Virus record (IMG/VR): IMGVR_UViG_640753020_000006
Source of the DNA: a virus
Length of the DNA stretch: 64,000 nt
Strand: one strand, 5' to 3'
Position numbers and translations under genes: made by a program. The notes below the pieces were generated by a model. It saw only the letters and a program-made list of their open reading frames with translations, was not told where the DNA came from and did not search any database. This document shows, in pieces, positions 19,889-31,300 of the stretch (positions are counted from its first letter, which is position 1; the number at the start of each line of letters is the position of its first letter).

Positions 19889-21574
19889 CTAAATTAATGC
19901 ATTTAATAGCACGCCATATACTTTATTTTCTTTACTATCGGTTTTAGTGAGGGTTCGTGTAGTAACAGTACCTACAGTGGAAATCGTAGATATAGAAGTA
20001 TTTTCACCATTATCAAATAGTAATATTGCTCCACCTTTACAAGGTATTAATAAATTAGCACTATAACCAGTGCTAATATTAGGAACTGTAACGCTATAAA
20101 GTAATGTTCCACTTAAATTATAAATATCGCAAGTAGCAGGGTGGATAAAGAAAATTAAACTATGATATTCATTTATACATCCCAAAAGTCCTGTTCCATA
20201 ATAAGTAGTCGATATTGTTGTTATAACCGTTCCTGATTTATTGGTTATTTCTATAGTTTTAGCAGGATATGTTTGTCTCATAATATAGTTTTTAGATGCA
20301 TGAAAGAACATGCCATTGCCACCTATAGTAAGTGTTTTTGTAACAGTTCCACTTGAATTAAGCAGTATAGCTGTTCCATCATTGCCTGTTCCTTGCATAA
20401 ACCACATACCTTCTCCTTCTACAAAACCAATAGGAGTTAATTTATTATAAGAAGATCCTGAAGGTATATTTAACAAATAATTGAATATATCTTGTTTTTC
20501 TTTTAATGCTCCTATTATACCAAATTCACTAATTCCTTCTTTAATATTCTCAGGTTTCAAATTTGGCTCACCTTTAACTTTACCACTACCATTATGATAT
20601 CCTGCCGAAATAATTTGATCGGCTGTTCCTGGTGTAAGTGTCACTGCCCCTCTATTCGGCATGGTCCCGGTCTGTCCTGCAATAGTTGTTCCAGATAAAA
20701 CATTGGCTACAGGAACCGTAACTGCACTTACTTTTCCACTACCATTATGATATCCTGCAGGTATAGTTTGTGCTGAACCGGAAGGTGTTATAGTTACAGC
20801 TCCTTTATTTGGCATAGTTCCTGTTCTAAGTTGTCCATCTGAATTGCTGAACTTTATTCCACTAAGTACCTGACTTTCCACAGCATTTCCTTGTCCTCTG
20901 GCTATCGCATTTATAGCAGCTATAATATCATCCCATGTGGCATCACTGCCTAAACTGCCTCCTTTACTGTTAACGGCACTAATCGCATCAGCTTTTACGT
21001 TAGTGCCAGACTGAAAAACCTCGTTTATCATCTTAATAATATCAGTTTTCTCTGTAGTTGCAGGTGTACCATTTGCTGTATGATTATTTACCGTTGTTGA
21101 ATTTCCTCCGTTTGCAGGTAATGAACTTGGGAAATCGGTTATCTGTGATTTTGTATGAGTATGAGCCTTTGGTGCCTGTGCATTTACCCCACTTGCATCT
21201 AAAGTTGCTACTCCACTGGCAGTCCCCATCTCTGTTCTTTTTACCTGTGCATCATTTGTTACATTTCCCAATCCTACATCACTCTTTGTCGTTCCATGAG
21301 GATTGGTACCACTTCCAGGGTGAGTGTAAACTGTTTTTTCTGTTCCATTTATTTTTATGTTTCCATTAGTACTAGACTGCTCTACTTTATTTGCTCCTGC
21401 ACTTATGCCATCAAGTTTTACTTTATCCTCTTTTGCCATTCTTCCGTCTTGTGTAGAAGATGCTTTTTTTACTATTTCAGTATCTGCTATATCCGCATTA
21501 TAGTTTAAATCGTCTATATTTACTACGTCCGTACCTTCAGGCTTTTTAAATCCTAAATTCGCTGTTGTCTTCAT
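19889..21574 (-). CDS. Tail fibre / receptor-binding protein
   Basis: KT.NLG.KKP N-terminus; two GTMPN.GA.T.TP...AGYHNGSGKV repeats; variable C-terminus. Confidence 0.8.
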   Translation of the reverse strand: MKTTANLGFKKPEGTDVVNIDDLNYNADIADTEIVKKASSTQDGRMAKEDKVKLDGISAGANKVEQSSTNGNIKINGTEKTVYTHPGSGTNPHGTTKSDVGLGNVTNDAQVKRTEMGTASGVATLDASGVNAQAPKAHTHTKSQITDFPSSLPANGGNSTTVNNHTANGTPATTEKTDIIKMINEVFQSGTNVKADAISAVNSKGGSLGSDATWDDIIAAINAIARGQGNAVESQVLSGIKFSNSDGQLRTGTMPNKGAVTITPSGSAQTIPAGYHNGSGKVSAVTVPVANVLSGTTIAGQTGTMPNRGAVTLTPGTADQIISAGYHNGSGKVKGEPNLKPENIKEGISEFGIIGALKEKQDIFNYLLNIPSGSSYNKLTPIGFVEGEGMWFMQGTGNDGTAILLNSSGTVTKTLTIGGNGMFFHASKNYIMRQTYPAKTIEITNKSGTVITTISTTYYGTGLLGCINEYHSLIFFIHPATCDIYNLSGTLLYSVTVPNISTGYSANLLIPCKGGAILLFDNGENTSISTISTVGTVTTRTLTKTDSKENKVYGVLLNALI

Positions 21575-21585
21575 TTAGTTCCCTC

Positions 21586-22206
21586 CTATCCATCATAAAC
21601 TTTTAGATCATTCCATGTCTTAGGTTTGGCCTGATTCCACGTAAGGTTTTTGTCCTTTAAGAAATTCCAAACTGTATAAGTATATTTGAGATAATAGCCT
21701 AAATGAGCAGGCTTGATATCTTCAAGCATCTGTTTAAAATCTTCAAGATTCTTAGGTATCCCTTTAATCCCTATAAATTGAACTGTAAAGCTGTAGTCCT
21801 CTGGATGCATTATTACATCACACTCGCCGCCACTGAAAGCTTCTGCGGTGTTTTTTATCATCTGTCTTGTAGTAGTGCCTGAACCTCTTAGTTTTGCTTT
21901 TATGACTGCTCTTCTGTCTTCATAAGATTTATTCAGGTCAGTGGGAATGCTAAATATACTCTCCCAAAATACAAGTCCCCAGGTTGCAGTATCTATAAAA
22001 CACTGGTTTAGAATATCTTCTTCCTGCCAGGCAGAAAGTCCAAGTTCATAACTTGATACATCACCCCAGGACTTAAATTCTGGAATCTCCTTTAGATGAG
22101 GAGGCAGCCTGTATAATAAATCAGGCTTGTAAGATTTAATTTCTTCATCAGATATCTGTTGTTCTTGTGAATATCCGGTTGTCCCATATTTTTCAGTACC
22201 ATACAT
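21586..22206 (-). CDS. Baseplate protein, DUF2313/XkdU-like
   Basis: TATWGL..WE, RR..I.AKLRG.GT.T, IKPAHL. Confidence 0.88.
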   Translation of the reverse strand: MYGTEKYGTTGYSQEQQISDEEIKSYKPDLLYRLPPHLKEIPEFKSWGDVSSYELGLSAWQEEDILNQCFIDTATWGLVFWESIFSIPTDLNKSYEDRRAVIKAKLRGSGTTTRQMIKNTAEAFSGGECDVIMHPEDYSFTVQFIGIKGIPKNLEDFKQMLEDIKPAHLGYYLKYTYTVWNFLKDKNLTWNQAKPKTWNDLKVYDG

Positions 22207-22209
22207 TCA

Positions 22210-23850
22210 CTACACCCCCTTGAGGTCGTTCCATGTACAACCTTTAGGAACTACATCTTTTTGTAATGCAATTTTATCGTTGTTATATAATAAGTTAGGC
22301 AGTTTGTTTATTGTGGTATCAAAATTCAATGAGTTATCTACTTCTTCATTAAGGGGTACATTATTTTGGGTATCATAATAATCTAGTCCAAATATGTTAA
22401 AAGTTGAAGAACCATTAAATTCTACCTGGTTAGATTCAGCGTTTGAAAACTTAAATTCTATTCCGCCATATACATTTCCGTTATAGGTAAAAGTGCAGGG
22501 ACGTATTAAATCAGGACTTCTCCCTAGTCCTAAACCAAAATAATGCATAGTAGAAGAATTATATAGTTTCTCGGCTCCTACATATAAAGAGGTTAATTCT
22601 GTAATACCATTACCTCTTTTAAAGCTGATAATACCTGTACTGTATGAATTTAATCTAGGATTTGTATTAGTAAGTTCGCATAGAGCGATAACAGATCGTC
22701 TATAACTGGTTTTTTGCAATTGCCCCGTTAAAATAACTCTTTTTGTAAAATCATTTACACTTTTACCCCCAACTGTATTACTGTCCTCTGCCTTATCCAC
22801 AATGCCATTGCCATTAGTATCATATACACTTTTTAACATATCTCCGTATCCTGCATTAGATATTTCATCTTTGGTAGCAAATTTATTGTTACTTTCAGTT
22901 TCAGTATAATATCTATCATCATGGGTATGCCCTACATCTGACTTATCACTTACAGTATTCCAGGCATTTATTAAAGCTTGAGTTATAGTCTGTAATAATT
23001 CCAAATTATTATGAACATGTTTTTTGCTGTTTGCATCATTCCAGTTAGTTTTTTCAGTATCTGTACTCCATCTATGGGTACCATCTTCTGTTATCATGCT
23101 TCCCGGGTGAGTAGTGGGATGAACATATTTATTTGCATTGTCCTCAATACCTGCAAGCTTATCCTTTTCTTCGCTTGTGTAGTCCTCTGCAGAAAGCTGT
23201 TTTCCATCTACCTTGTCTACTTTTTTAGAAAGTGCAGTTGTAATTGTGGCAGCAAAATCAGGATCGTTATTCAGAGAATCTGCAATTTCCTTCAAGGTAT
23301 CCAGCGCTTCGGGGGCTGCATCCACCACCATTTGGATCCTCTGGTCTGTCTCAGTCTTGGTATAAGTTTCAGATTTCAGGTATCTCTTGTTAAGTTCGGT
23401 ATCAACATAAGTCTTTTCAGCTTTGTTATTCTCAACAGTTGAAATCCTATTTTCGGCATCAGTAACCCTATTGTCATTGGAAGATTTATACCTGTCAACT
23501 TCCTTTTGAGTATTTACAATGCTGTCCTGAACCTTGTTTATATCCTCTGCCTCAACCGTATCACCCTGTGTCTGATAGGATATATAAACAGGTGATACAC
23601 TTGAGAATATCTTAATTGTCTTTTTCCAAGGTGTAAGGCTTGGAGTTGACACTATAACATTTTCTATCTTGGTTCCTGTTAATTTACTTCCGGTATACAC
23701 ATTAATAGAAGGCAAACTTACATTGTCATGCTGGAGTTCACCTTCATATACACCATCTGTAACTTGTATTTCTTCCTCAATTACATAGGTGTTATTATCA
23801 AGTTTATTTAATTTCTCTGTAAATTTATCTATACTTTCTGGATATGCCAT
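22210..23850 (-). CDS. Tail fibre protein
   Basis: APEALDTLKEIADSL.NDPDFA, YVHP.TH and HTHDDRYYTE repeats. Confidence 0.8.
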   Translation of the reverse strand: MAYPESIDKFTEKLNKLDNNTYVIEEEIQVTDGVYEGELQHDNVSLPSINVYTGSKLTGTKIENVIVSTPSLTPWKKTIKIFSSVSPVYISYQTQGDTVEAEDINKVQDSIVNTQKEVDRYKSSNDNRVTDAENRISTVENNKAEKTYVDTELNKRYLKSETYTKTETDQRIQMVVDAAPEALDTLKEIADSLNNDPDFAATITTALSKKVDKVDGKQLSAEDYTSEEKDKLAGIEDNANKYVHPTTHPGSMITEDGTHRWSTDTEKTNWNDANSKKHVHNNLELLQTITQALINAWNTVSDKSDVGHTHDDRYYTETESNNKFATKDEISNAGYGDMLKSVYDTNGNGIVDKAEDSNTVGGKSVNDFTKRVILTGQLQKTSYRRSVIALCELTNTNPRLNSYSTGIISFKRGNGITELTSLYVGAEKLYNSSTMHYFGLGLGRSPDLIRPCTFTYNGNVYGGIEFKFSNAESNQVEFNGSSTFNIFGLDYYDTQNNVPLNEEVDNSLNFDTTINKLPNLLYNNDKIALQKDVVPKGCTWNDLKGV

Positions 23851-23853
23851 TTA

Positions 23854-24981
23854 TCACACCCCTAAACTTATAGTCCCTACCACTGGTATCTCTTCATCTG
23901 CTAAAGCTATATTAGAAGTTCCATTGTTTAAAGTTAAACTGTCACTATCATAATCAACTATTCCATCTGTGCTTAATAGAATACCTCCGACTTTTGCATA
24001 ACTTATATAGGTAGAATTAAAGGCCAGGTCACTAAGATATTTCTGTATGGCTTCATTAAAATTATCCTGCACCTGCTGCAAAGTATATCCATTTGCAAGA
24101 ACTACTGTGGCTGTTATATTCATTGCTTTTTCTACTGCAGATACCACCGTACAAACTGCACCTATAGGAGCCTGGCCTTCTCCCTTTCCTTCTGGTTCCG
24201 GATCTATATAGTCTTTTACTTTCTGTACTAACTCACTATCTGCTGCCTTTTTATTACTATTTATAATTGTAACTTTTACTGTACCATTTCCATTCCAAAG
24301 TGGAGTTACTTTTGCATCTCCTACCCCTGTTACTTCTTTTGCCCAATTCTTATACTGTGCTTTATTTCCACTTGTCTCCGGTTTCTGCAATTTTTCCAAG
24401 ATCCTCCTTTTATAATCATCATTACTTTCAACATCAGTACCACTTGTGAAATCATGGTCATTAACTATACTTTGTACTCCATTTATAGGAGTTGTAAGTA
24501 TAGTTATGGTGTTTGCCTTTACATTTCCTACAATTCCTGCTTGAGTACATTGAACTTGAACTTCTGCTATTCCGGTATCATCTATGGTTTTAGTTTCAAT
24601 AAATTCAAACTCAATACTCCGGTTATCTTCTGTTGAAACTGTACTGGCTATTTTACCACTTTGAATGACTGTACCAGATACTCCCTTGATTTTTATTGTA
24701 TCCTTCGTTTTGGTAGCATCTTTTCTTATGACTCCTATAGCAGCACCTACAAGGTCTAAATATCCATCATAGCTAGTTCCCAAATACACTAACTTTATAA
24801 AAGCCATCATAAGCTGCCTGTGTTTGTATTCTTCCTCTGCCACCGGCCTTGTAATGCTCCAGAAAAAATCTCCTTCCATTGTACTTACATCAGAAGGAGC
24901 TTTAGAGAGCATTCTTGCATGTATAGTATCTGTATCTTCCTTTAAAAAATCAGGTACTGCAGGCATTGTAACATCTGCCAT
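23854..24981 (-). CDS. Baseplate J / XkdT-like protein
   Basis: SGN..QY..WA..V.GVG.A.V.PLWNG.GTVKV. Confidence 0.92.
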   Translation of the reverse strand: MADVTMPAVPDFLKEDTDTIHARMLSKAPSDVSTMEGDFFWSITRPVAEEEYKHRQLMMAFIKLVYLGTSYDGYLDLVGAAIGVIRKDATKTKDTIKIKGVSGTVIQSGKIASTVSTEDNRSIEFEFIETKTIDDTGIAEVQVQCTQAGIVGNVKANTITILTTPINGVQSIVNDHDFTSGTDVESNDDYKRRILEKLQKPETSGNKAQYKNWAKEVTGVGDAKVTPLWNGNGTVKVTIINSNKKAADSELVQKVKDYIDPEPEGKGEGQAPIGAVCTVVSAVEKAMNITATVVLANGYTLQQVQDNFNEAIQKYLSDLAFNSTYISYAKVGGILLSTDGIVDYDSDSLTLNNGTSNIALADEEIPVVGTISLGV

Positions 24982-24985
24982 ATTA

Positions 24986-25444
24986 TCACCCCACATTCAC
25001 AGAATTGTTTAATCCAACTTCATTACCATCCACTGTAACTACTGTGTATTCATAATACAATTCCCCGTTATTCTGCCACGTAAAAGTAAAGTTTATAACA
25101 TCTTTAGTTCTTGGATGCACCATTAAAGCCTCCACTGTCATTCTTTTTACTTCAAGCTCTATGGCATCCCTTGAGTACTGTCTATCTTGTAAATCAGAGA
25201 ATTCCTGGCCAAATAAGTTGCTATATATATACTTATACCTATCTGTTAAAAGTGCCATCTGGCACCACTGCGAATAAGCTTCCAGATCATCACACTTTTT
25301 TACAGTACCATCAGGATTTTTCACAAACTCACCCTTGTTAAAGTCAAATTTATAAGAGCCTTTATACTCAATACCATTATTAGTGTTAGTTGTACTACTT
25401 CCAGTATCATCCGTATAATAACTATCAGGGAATAGATTAGGCAT
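24986..25444 (-). CDS. Baseplate wedge protein, DUF2634/XkdS-like
   Basis: YKFDF..GEF, L.T.RY.YIYS..FG.E, EAL...PR. Confidence 0.85.
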   Translation of the reverse strand: MPNLFPDSYYTDDTGSSTTNTNNGIEYKGSYKFDFNKGEFVKNPDGTVKKCDDLEAYSQWCQMALLTDRYKYIYSNLFGQEFSDLQDRQYSRDAIELEVKRMTVEALMVHPRTKDVINFTFTWQNNGELYYEYTVVTVDGNEVGLNNSVNVG

Positions 25445-25774
25445 TTATCTCACCCTCCCTATAACTATAAATTCATTTCCTACCTGGGCAACCAATACCC
25501 TGTCACCACTTTTCAGAGGTTTCAATCCATCTGGTGTTACTACTTTATGTGAATGACTATCTTCCCCTGCACTATTAGTATTAGTGAAATAATCCTTATC
25601 CATGGTCAAATAGTCCAGCATCTTATAATCAGTTATTTCATGCTTAAAATTATCTAATTGCAACCCTGTTTCTGTTATGCTTCCAAACTCAACACCAATT
25701 CCAGATACAGCACTATTTATAGAACCATTAGTTTTATCTTCCATCACTCTAACTAGTTCCTGTATCTCCCGCAT
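25445..25774 (-). CDS. Baseplate spike-like protein, DUF2577/XkdR-like
   Basis: LK.GDRVLV...G..F.VIGRV. Confidence 0.75.
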   Translation of the reverse strand: MREIQELVRVMEDKTNGSINSAVSGIGVEFGSITETGLQLDNFKHEITDYKMLDYLTMDKDYFTNTNSAGEDSHSHKVVTPDGLKPLKSGDRVLVAQVGNEFIVIGRVR

Positions 25775-26735
25775 AAAATTTCCTCCTTATATAATCCATT
25801 GTTCCAACAGTCAGTTCCATTTTTCCACTGCTTCCAAGGGTATGTGTAACACTTGCCACATATAGTTCAACACCATCAAGGCTTACCTTATCCCCTGCCC
25901 TTATAGTATTTATATCAACACCACAGCTTATATTTATATAGTCTTCACCAGTACTAAATATAGAATCTGCTTTTTTCTTTGCTGCATCTGCATTTGTCAC
26001 TTTATCATCCTGGACTATCTTTCTCAAAGTTCCATATCCCCTGGTTTCTTTTTCATAGATACCAATAACAGGACTTAAACTTTCATCTGATTGAGTCCCA
26101 AGAACTTTTACCTGGGTTACAGCACCCTCAAGAGAACTGTATTCCTCTATTTCCTCTGCTATAGATTCTAATTTCCATACGGTAGTATTTGTACCTATCT
26201 CCACTAGGTCCAATTTATCTTCCTGCATTCTGACCTTGTAGAGTTTACCGCCTTTTTGGGCTGTCTCCTTCAGGTCTTTGAATATCATATCTAATATGGT
26301 GTCGCCGCCTCTATATATGTTTTTGGCAAGACCTATACCTGTATCTGCAAAGTTCCCTATAGGTATATTCCAGTCATTGGCATACTTTGTTATCCTCTGG
26401 GTAGCAGTCTGTCCTTCTGGATGTAAATATTCATCTTCTGAATTTTCAAGATAGACTGTTCTCTCCTTACACTCAAGATTGAGGTAATGCTCTTTCCTGT
26501 TTCGCTCCCTTTCCCATACAACACCTTTAAACACCTTTACATCACTGGTTCCATTAAAGGGAGTGTCCCATATTTCAATGCCATTACCTTTAACAAACTG
26601 GATACTTTGAAGTTGTTCAGTTTCAAGGAGCTTGACTGTGGCCACATATGCTATAGAATCTATGCTTTCCTGCAGAGTAATGCCTTCATTTAAATTGCCA
26701 ATTTTATAATTATCCTTTGCAATTATACTTATCAA
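25749..26735 (-). CDS. Baseplate hub, XkdQ-like
   Basis: Size, gene order and ..YG.L..I pattern. Confidence 0.75.
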   Translation of the reverse strand: MISIIAKDNYKIGNLNEGITLQESIDSIAYVATVKLLETEQLQSIQFVKGNGIEIWDTPFNGTSDVKVFKGVVWERERNRKEHYLNLECKERTVYLENSEDEYLHPEGQTATQRITKYANDWNIPIGNFADTGIGLAKNIYRGGDTILDMIFKDLKETAQKGGKLYKVRMQEDKLDLVEIGTNTTVWKLESIAEEIEEYSSLEGAVTQVKVLGTQSDESLSPVIGIYEKETRGYGTLRKIVQDDKVTNADAAKKKADSIFSTGEDYINISCGVDINTIRAGDKVSLDGVELYVASVTHTLGSSGKMELTVGTMDYIRRKFYAGDTGTS

Positions 26736-26745
26736 TCATAAACAC

Positions 26746-27522
26746 CTACCTAACATAATCAGTATTAATCCAACCGCCATGGTTTGACCAGTATATATCT
26801 GCCCAATTACCCTGTATGCTTCCAATCTTATAGCACTCATCTTTTTTTACTGTTCCCCTTATTCCATAGCTTTCACCAGGTCCATCACGTACATTTAAAA
26901 CATCTGCGGTAACTATTATCCATTCTCCTTCTCTGTGTGAATACTTTGCACCACTACTTTCTGTAGTTTGTCTATTATCTTGAAGAGTGGAATCAACCTG
27001 ACTTATTTTAAGATCCCTATGTGTCCTGAATGTAAATGTGAAATACCTGTTATTATTAAGTCCTTCTGGTCTTATCTCCTCATTCATGACAGCTAGATTC
27101 ACAAGACTGTTAAAGCCTATTACAGTTATGATAAGCCTCAAAGGTTCTTCTTGATCCTTCCACTTTTCAAGTTTTTCAACGGTTTCTTTGGAATCCGGTA
27201 TATCTGTATACCTGCAATAAGGTTCATAGACATCTGGAATTAAGGTTTCCATACTTATTTCCTTTATTTTAGTACCCTTGTCACTTATATCTATTTCTCC
27301 TATGTCTACAATATCCGCAGTATTGTATTTCTTCTCCCTGTTTATCGTAAGACTTAGAGGATTCACTGGAAAGTGGAAAGTTTCACTATCCTTTGTATTT
27401 GTCAGGTATACATCAAAGTTGCTGTTGGCAACCCTGTCAAGTGCATTTAGTACAGATTTAGATGCATCCTGTATAACATCAACTATATTGCTAAAGTCCA
27501 AAAAATCACTCCCTTGTCCCAT
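26746..27522 (-). CDS. Tube initiator, XkdP-like, with C-terminal SH3b domain
   Basis: FPVNP..L, G.IDI, W....PLRLII; LNVR.GPG..Y...G...GW SH3b motif instead of LysM. Confidence 0.75.
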   Translation of the reverse strand: MGQGSDFLDFSNIVDVIQDASKSVLNALDRVANSNFDVYLTNTKDSETFHFPVNPLSLTINREKKYNTADIVDIGEIDISDKGTKIKEISMETLIPDVYEPYCRYTDIPDSKETVEKLEKWKDQEEPLRLIITVIGFNSLVNLAVMNEEIRPEGLNNNRYFTFTFRTHRDLKISQVDSTLQDNRQTTESSGAKYSHREGEWIIVTADVLNVRDGPGESYGIRGTVKKDECYKIGSIQGNWADIYWSNHGGWINTDYVR

Positions 27523-27573
27523 TATTTTCCAAAGGTTTTGATATTATTTTGTAGAATTATCACCTAAAAGGAG

Positions 27574-27807
27574 GTGATGAACATGCAAATAACATTAACC
27601 TATAATTTTAGTTCTGAGTGTCCTTATTTAAATGAACCCCATTGTATATCCATTGACTATATAAAATTTGATATGACTGGCACTGGAATGCCCGGATATA
27701 AAAAAGGTTCTTATTTCTGCAATAAAGTAAAAAACTGTCCATATCCTTCAAAAGATAGATGGGGACGCTGTCCTGTTTACTTAGATGCTCCTTGTCCACC
27801 TGAGTAA
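27574..27807 (+). CDS. Small Cys-rich protein antisense to the tail operon
   Basis: Strong RBS AAAAGGAGGTG; 6 Cys in 77 aa. Confidence 0.6.
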   Translation: MMNMQITLTYNFSSECPYLNEPHCISIDYIKFDMTGTGMPGYKKGSYFCNKVKNCPYPSKDRWGRCPVYLDAPCPPE

Positions 27808-28295
27808 GATGTATCAATTAAATTAGACAGTTTATAAAATGCCGGCCATGGATTGAGGGTTTGCTTGTTTTCGCTGCAATAGTGGCCGCATCCAACACAT
27901 GCATCAGGTACATTCTTTTTCTTATCCCAGCAAGTAAAAATAAACATTTTTAAGTGACGATAAATACATTCAAGCTCGCCTTTATTGAGTTGTTCCTGTT
28001 GCTCCAGTTTTGTATTCATAACTCGTGCCCAAATAAGATAATCCAGACCTGTTATATGAACTAATTTATACATTACATCTGAATAAATAAAATCACTTTT
28101 AAAGCAATCTCTAACAAACTTGCATGTATTACATGGATTATAATCTTCAAGTTTATTTTCCACTCGATCTATATACATTTGTAAATGACTTGCTAAACAG
28201 AATATTTCATGTTCAGTAAATTGGAACTGCTTCTGAGCTGGTACTTCAGAAGCAGTCGTTTCTTTATTCACATCTTGTAATTTTTCATTACTCAT
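27777..28295 (-). CDS. Hypothetical protein with duplicated Cys/His motif
   Basis: Two copies of E..C...HL.M.I...C..C...C...YKL. Confidence 0.7.
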   Translation of the reverse strand: MSNEKLQDVNKETTASEVPAQKQFQFTEHEIFCLASHLQMYIDRVENKLEDYNPCNTCKFVRDCFKSDFIYSDVMYKLVHITGLDYLIWARVMNTKLEQQEQLNKGELECIYRHLKMFIFTCWDKKKNVPDACVGCGHYCSENKQTLNPWPAFYKLSNLIDTSYSGGQGASK

Positions 28296-28301
28296 CTATC
28301 C

Positions 28302-31300
28302 TCACCTCTTCAAATTTTGTAACGTCTTTCTAAATTCTGTAGCAAATTTCTTTGTGGCTTGTATTACTATGGTGTCAATGTCCTGGTCATTACCTACATT
28401 TACATTAATATCACCGAAACTTAGTCCTCCAACTGCAGCAACTTGAACTTTCTGTTGAGGTTTAATAAGTTGATATTGTACCTTACTCGGTTGGCTGGCC
28501 ATTTTTTGATTAACTTGCCTTGAAACTTCTTTTTTCATATCCTGCACCGACTGCATATGATTGAGTATTTTAGTTCCTCTTGACATATAGGCTAGTGGAT
28601 CACCGTTATAATTTCCTAGAACCGGTACAGATTTATTTTGTGAAAGTTCCCATCCCCTTTCATCTACAGTTGAAAAACCTCCCGAAAAATAACTAGTACC
28701 ATTAGCTTTTTGATCTGGATTCTCACCAGAACCAATAATCTTTTGAAAAATACTTACTGTTGCTGTCCACACTTTACTTCCCAATGATCTTAAACTACCC
28801 AGCAAACCGTCAACAGGGGCTTTTGCTTCAGTGGCATTTGTACTTACAGTTACATTTTTAGAAGGTGGAATATTTTGAACTGCATTTCCTACTTCTGTTA
28901 TACTTGTAATCTGCCCTTCTGCATTTGAAGTAATCTGAACAGGGGTTCCATTTAAATTTAATATTCCTGTTCTAGTTCCATCAGCTGCAACGCTTACATT
29001 TTGTAGTTGACCTATTGCTTGACCTGAAAAACTAACGACCTTATTGCTTACTAAATCATACGAAGCCTGCATATCAGTTAAATATTTTATAGCACCTCCT
29101 ACCGTACTCTGATGAACGTTCCCTAATTCTTTAACTTTCGATTTAATATCAGTAGTATAAGCACCAATTTCTTGTGTAGTAACATTCCATGCCCCCACAA
29201 TATCTCCACTACTTTTCTCTACCGAAACATACATAGCATTCATTTCACCTGTGGCTGAATTTCTGATACCGTAAAATCCACTTTTAGTGATATTCTTCAA
29301 CTCTGAATATTTGTTTTTCATTTTGTCAAGGCTATTCTGTGCTGTTATATCACCGCCCGACAACATATCACCATCATATTCGTTGATTTGACCTTTTGCT
29401 TTTGGATAATATTTGTATACAGTTTCTATATCTGATTTCCAGCCTTCATCTATCTTTTGTAAAGTATTGTCTCTTGCAGTAGTAGTTTCCTTTAATCCAG
29501 ACTCTAATTTGGTTTTAGTTTCTGATGATATTTTTGGGCTACTTAATAAATATTTGGTTGTCGCTATAGTTTTATCGTAATTAGCCTCTACTTCTTCTCT
29601 CTGCGACTGGTATTCTTTTGCCCTATCCTGAAGCAGTTGACTTGCATCTTTAATTCCTGCTACTGTACCAGCAGTACTTTCAGCCTTATCTTTGACCTTG
29701 CTTGTAAATTTACTACTAGCATAAGCTCGTTCTCCAGCACTTTCAGCATTAGCATATTCCAATTGAAGTGCTTTTAATTCTGCTAATTTATCTTTTATTT
29801 GTTTTATATCAGAATCTAATATTGCACCATGATCCTTTATTGCCTTATCACCAATACTGTAAATTTCATCTCTGATGGCAAGTTCTTTATTAACACCTTC
29901 TTGAAAATAACTACTTAAATAATCCATAACGTTTTGTTCTGCATCACTTGTTACGCCATCAAGACTAAAAGTTTTCTGGAACTCACTCTGAATTTCAGAC
30001 TGCTTTTGTCTTATAGCTTCAATGGCCTCATTGGTAAACTTATCTACCCATCCTTTGAGCTGTGTGTTATCTGCATCATCTATTGAACCATCACGAACTA
30101 ATCTTTGTATATTCATTTCTATTTCCAATAAACTCTTGGATGCATCTCGTGCAGCAGCTTTAAAGCTATCGGATACACCACTTCCAAAATCATCATAAAC
30201 AAGTCCCAATTGGGTCATTTCCTTTTTGGATTTATAAATAGAACCATTTAATTTATTCATTATTTTTTCAGTTGTACTTAATTCCTCTGTGGTAGTAGAA
30301 AGACTTTTCTTCATCAAATTAGCATTAGCTGTTATTGCAGTTCCAGCTACCACAGCAGTTCCGGCTATAGCAAGTCCCACAGGATTCAATATTAAAGGTA
30401 ATAATCTGCCTACAACGCCTATACTCCTAAGCCCCCCGGCTACTTTAACAGTTTCCTCTGCTACTTTGCCGCCTTTTAGCACACTTGCCAATCCTTTAAT
30501 TCCTGTAATAGTATTTCCTATTTTTCCTACTGCTGAAAATCCTGCAAAAGCTGCACTTAATCCCACTACAGTTGCAGCTAAAGTTTTTATAGTAGTGGTA
30601 TTCTTGCTTATATAATCAACAAATTTTACTACACTATCAGTTATCTCTGGCATCTTACCTGTAAGCCAGGTTACGAACTCTTTAGCATAGGGTGCCAGTC
30701 TTTCACCCAATTCAATCTGTGCGGTTTCCACTGCCCCTGTAAGTTGTTCCCATTGTCCTGCTAAATTATCAAGCTTTGTTTCTGCCATTTTATCAGCAGA
30801 ACCTTTGGCATCTTTAAGCTTCTGACTTAAACTACTTAAACTTTCTCCGCCTTGATTCATTAATGCAAGTATACCTGACATGCTTTCCGTACCAAATATT
30901 GTACTTATAGCATCTGCCCTTTGCTGACTTGTTAATTTACCAAGAGAGGTATTTAAATTGTCTACAACCCCACTTAAAGGTTTCATATTCCCCTGGGCAT
31001 CAAATGCATTAATACCATACTCTTTCATTACGTCTGCTGCTTGCTCTGTGGGACTTGCAAGCCTTGCCATTGCCTGTCTGAGTATGGTACCCGCCTGACT
31101 GCCTTTTATATTTTGATTACTTAATAGTCCAGCAGCTGCAGCAGTATCTTCTAAACTTATTCCCAAAGATGCACTTACCGGTGCAACATATTTCATTGTC
31201 TCGCCAAGATCTGTTACATCACTATTTGTGGCACTTGCACTCAATGCCAGTACATCTGCCACATGTGCTGAATCACTTGCATTTAAACTAAACGATCTTA

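Noticed and set aside
19889-23850. Diversity-generating retroelement or invertible tail-fibre cassette
   Set aside because: No reverse transcriptase or invertase in the window; the internal repeats are in-frame protein repeats without adenine-specific differences.
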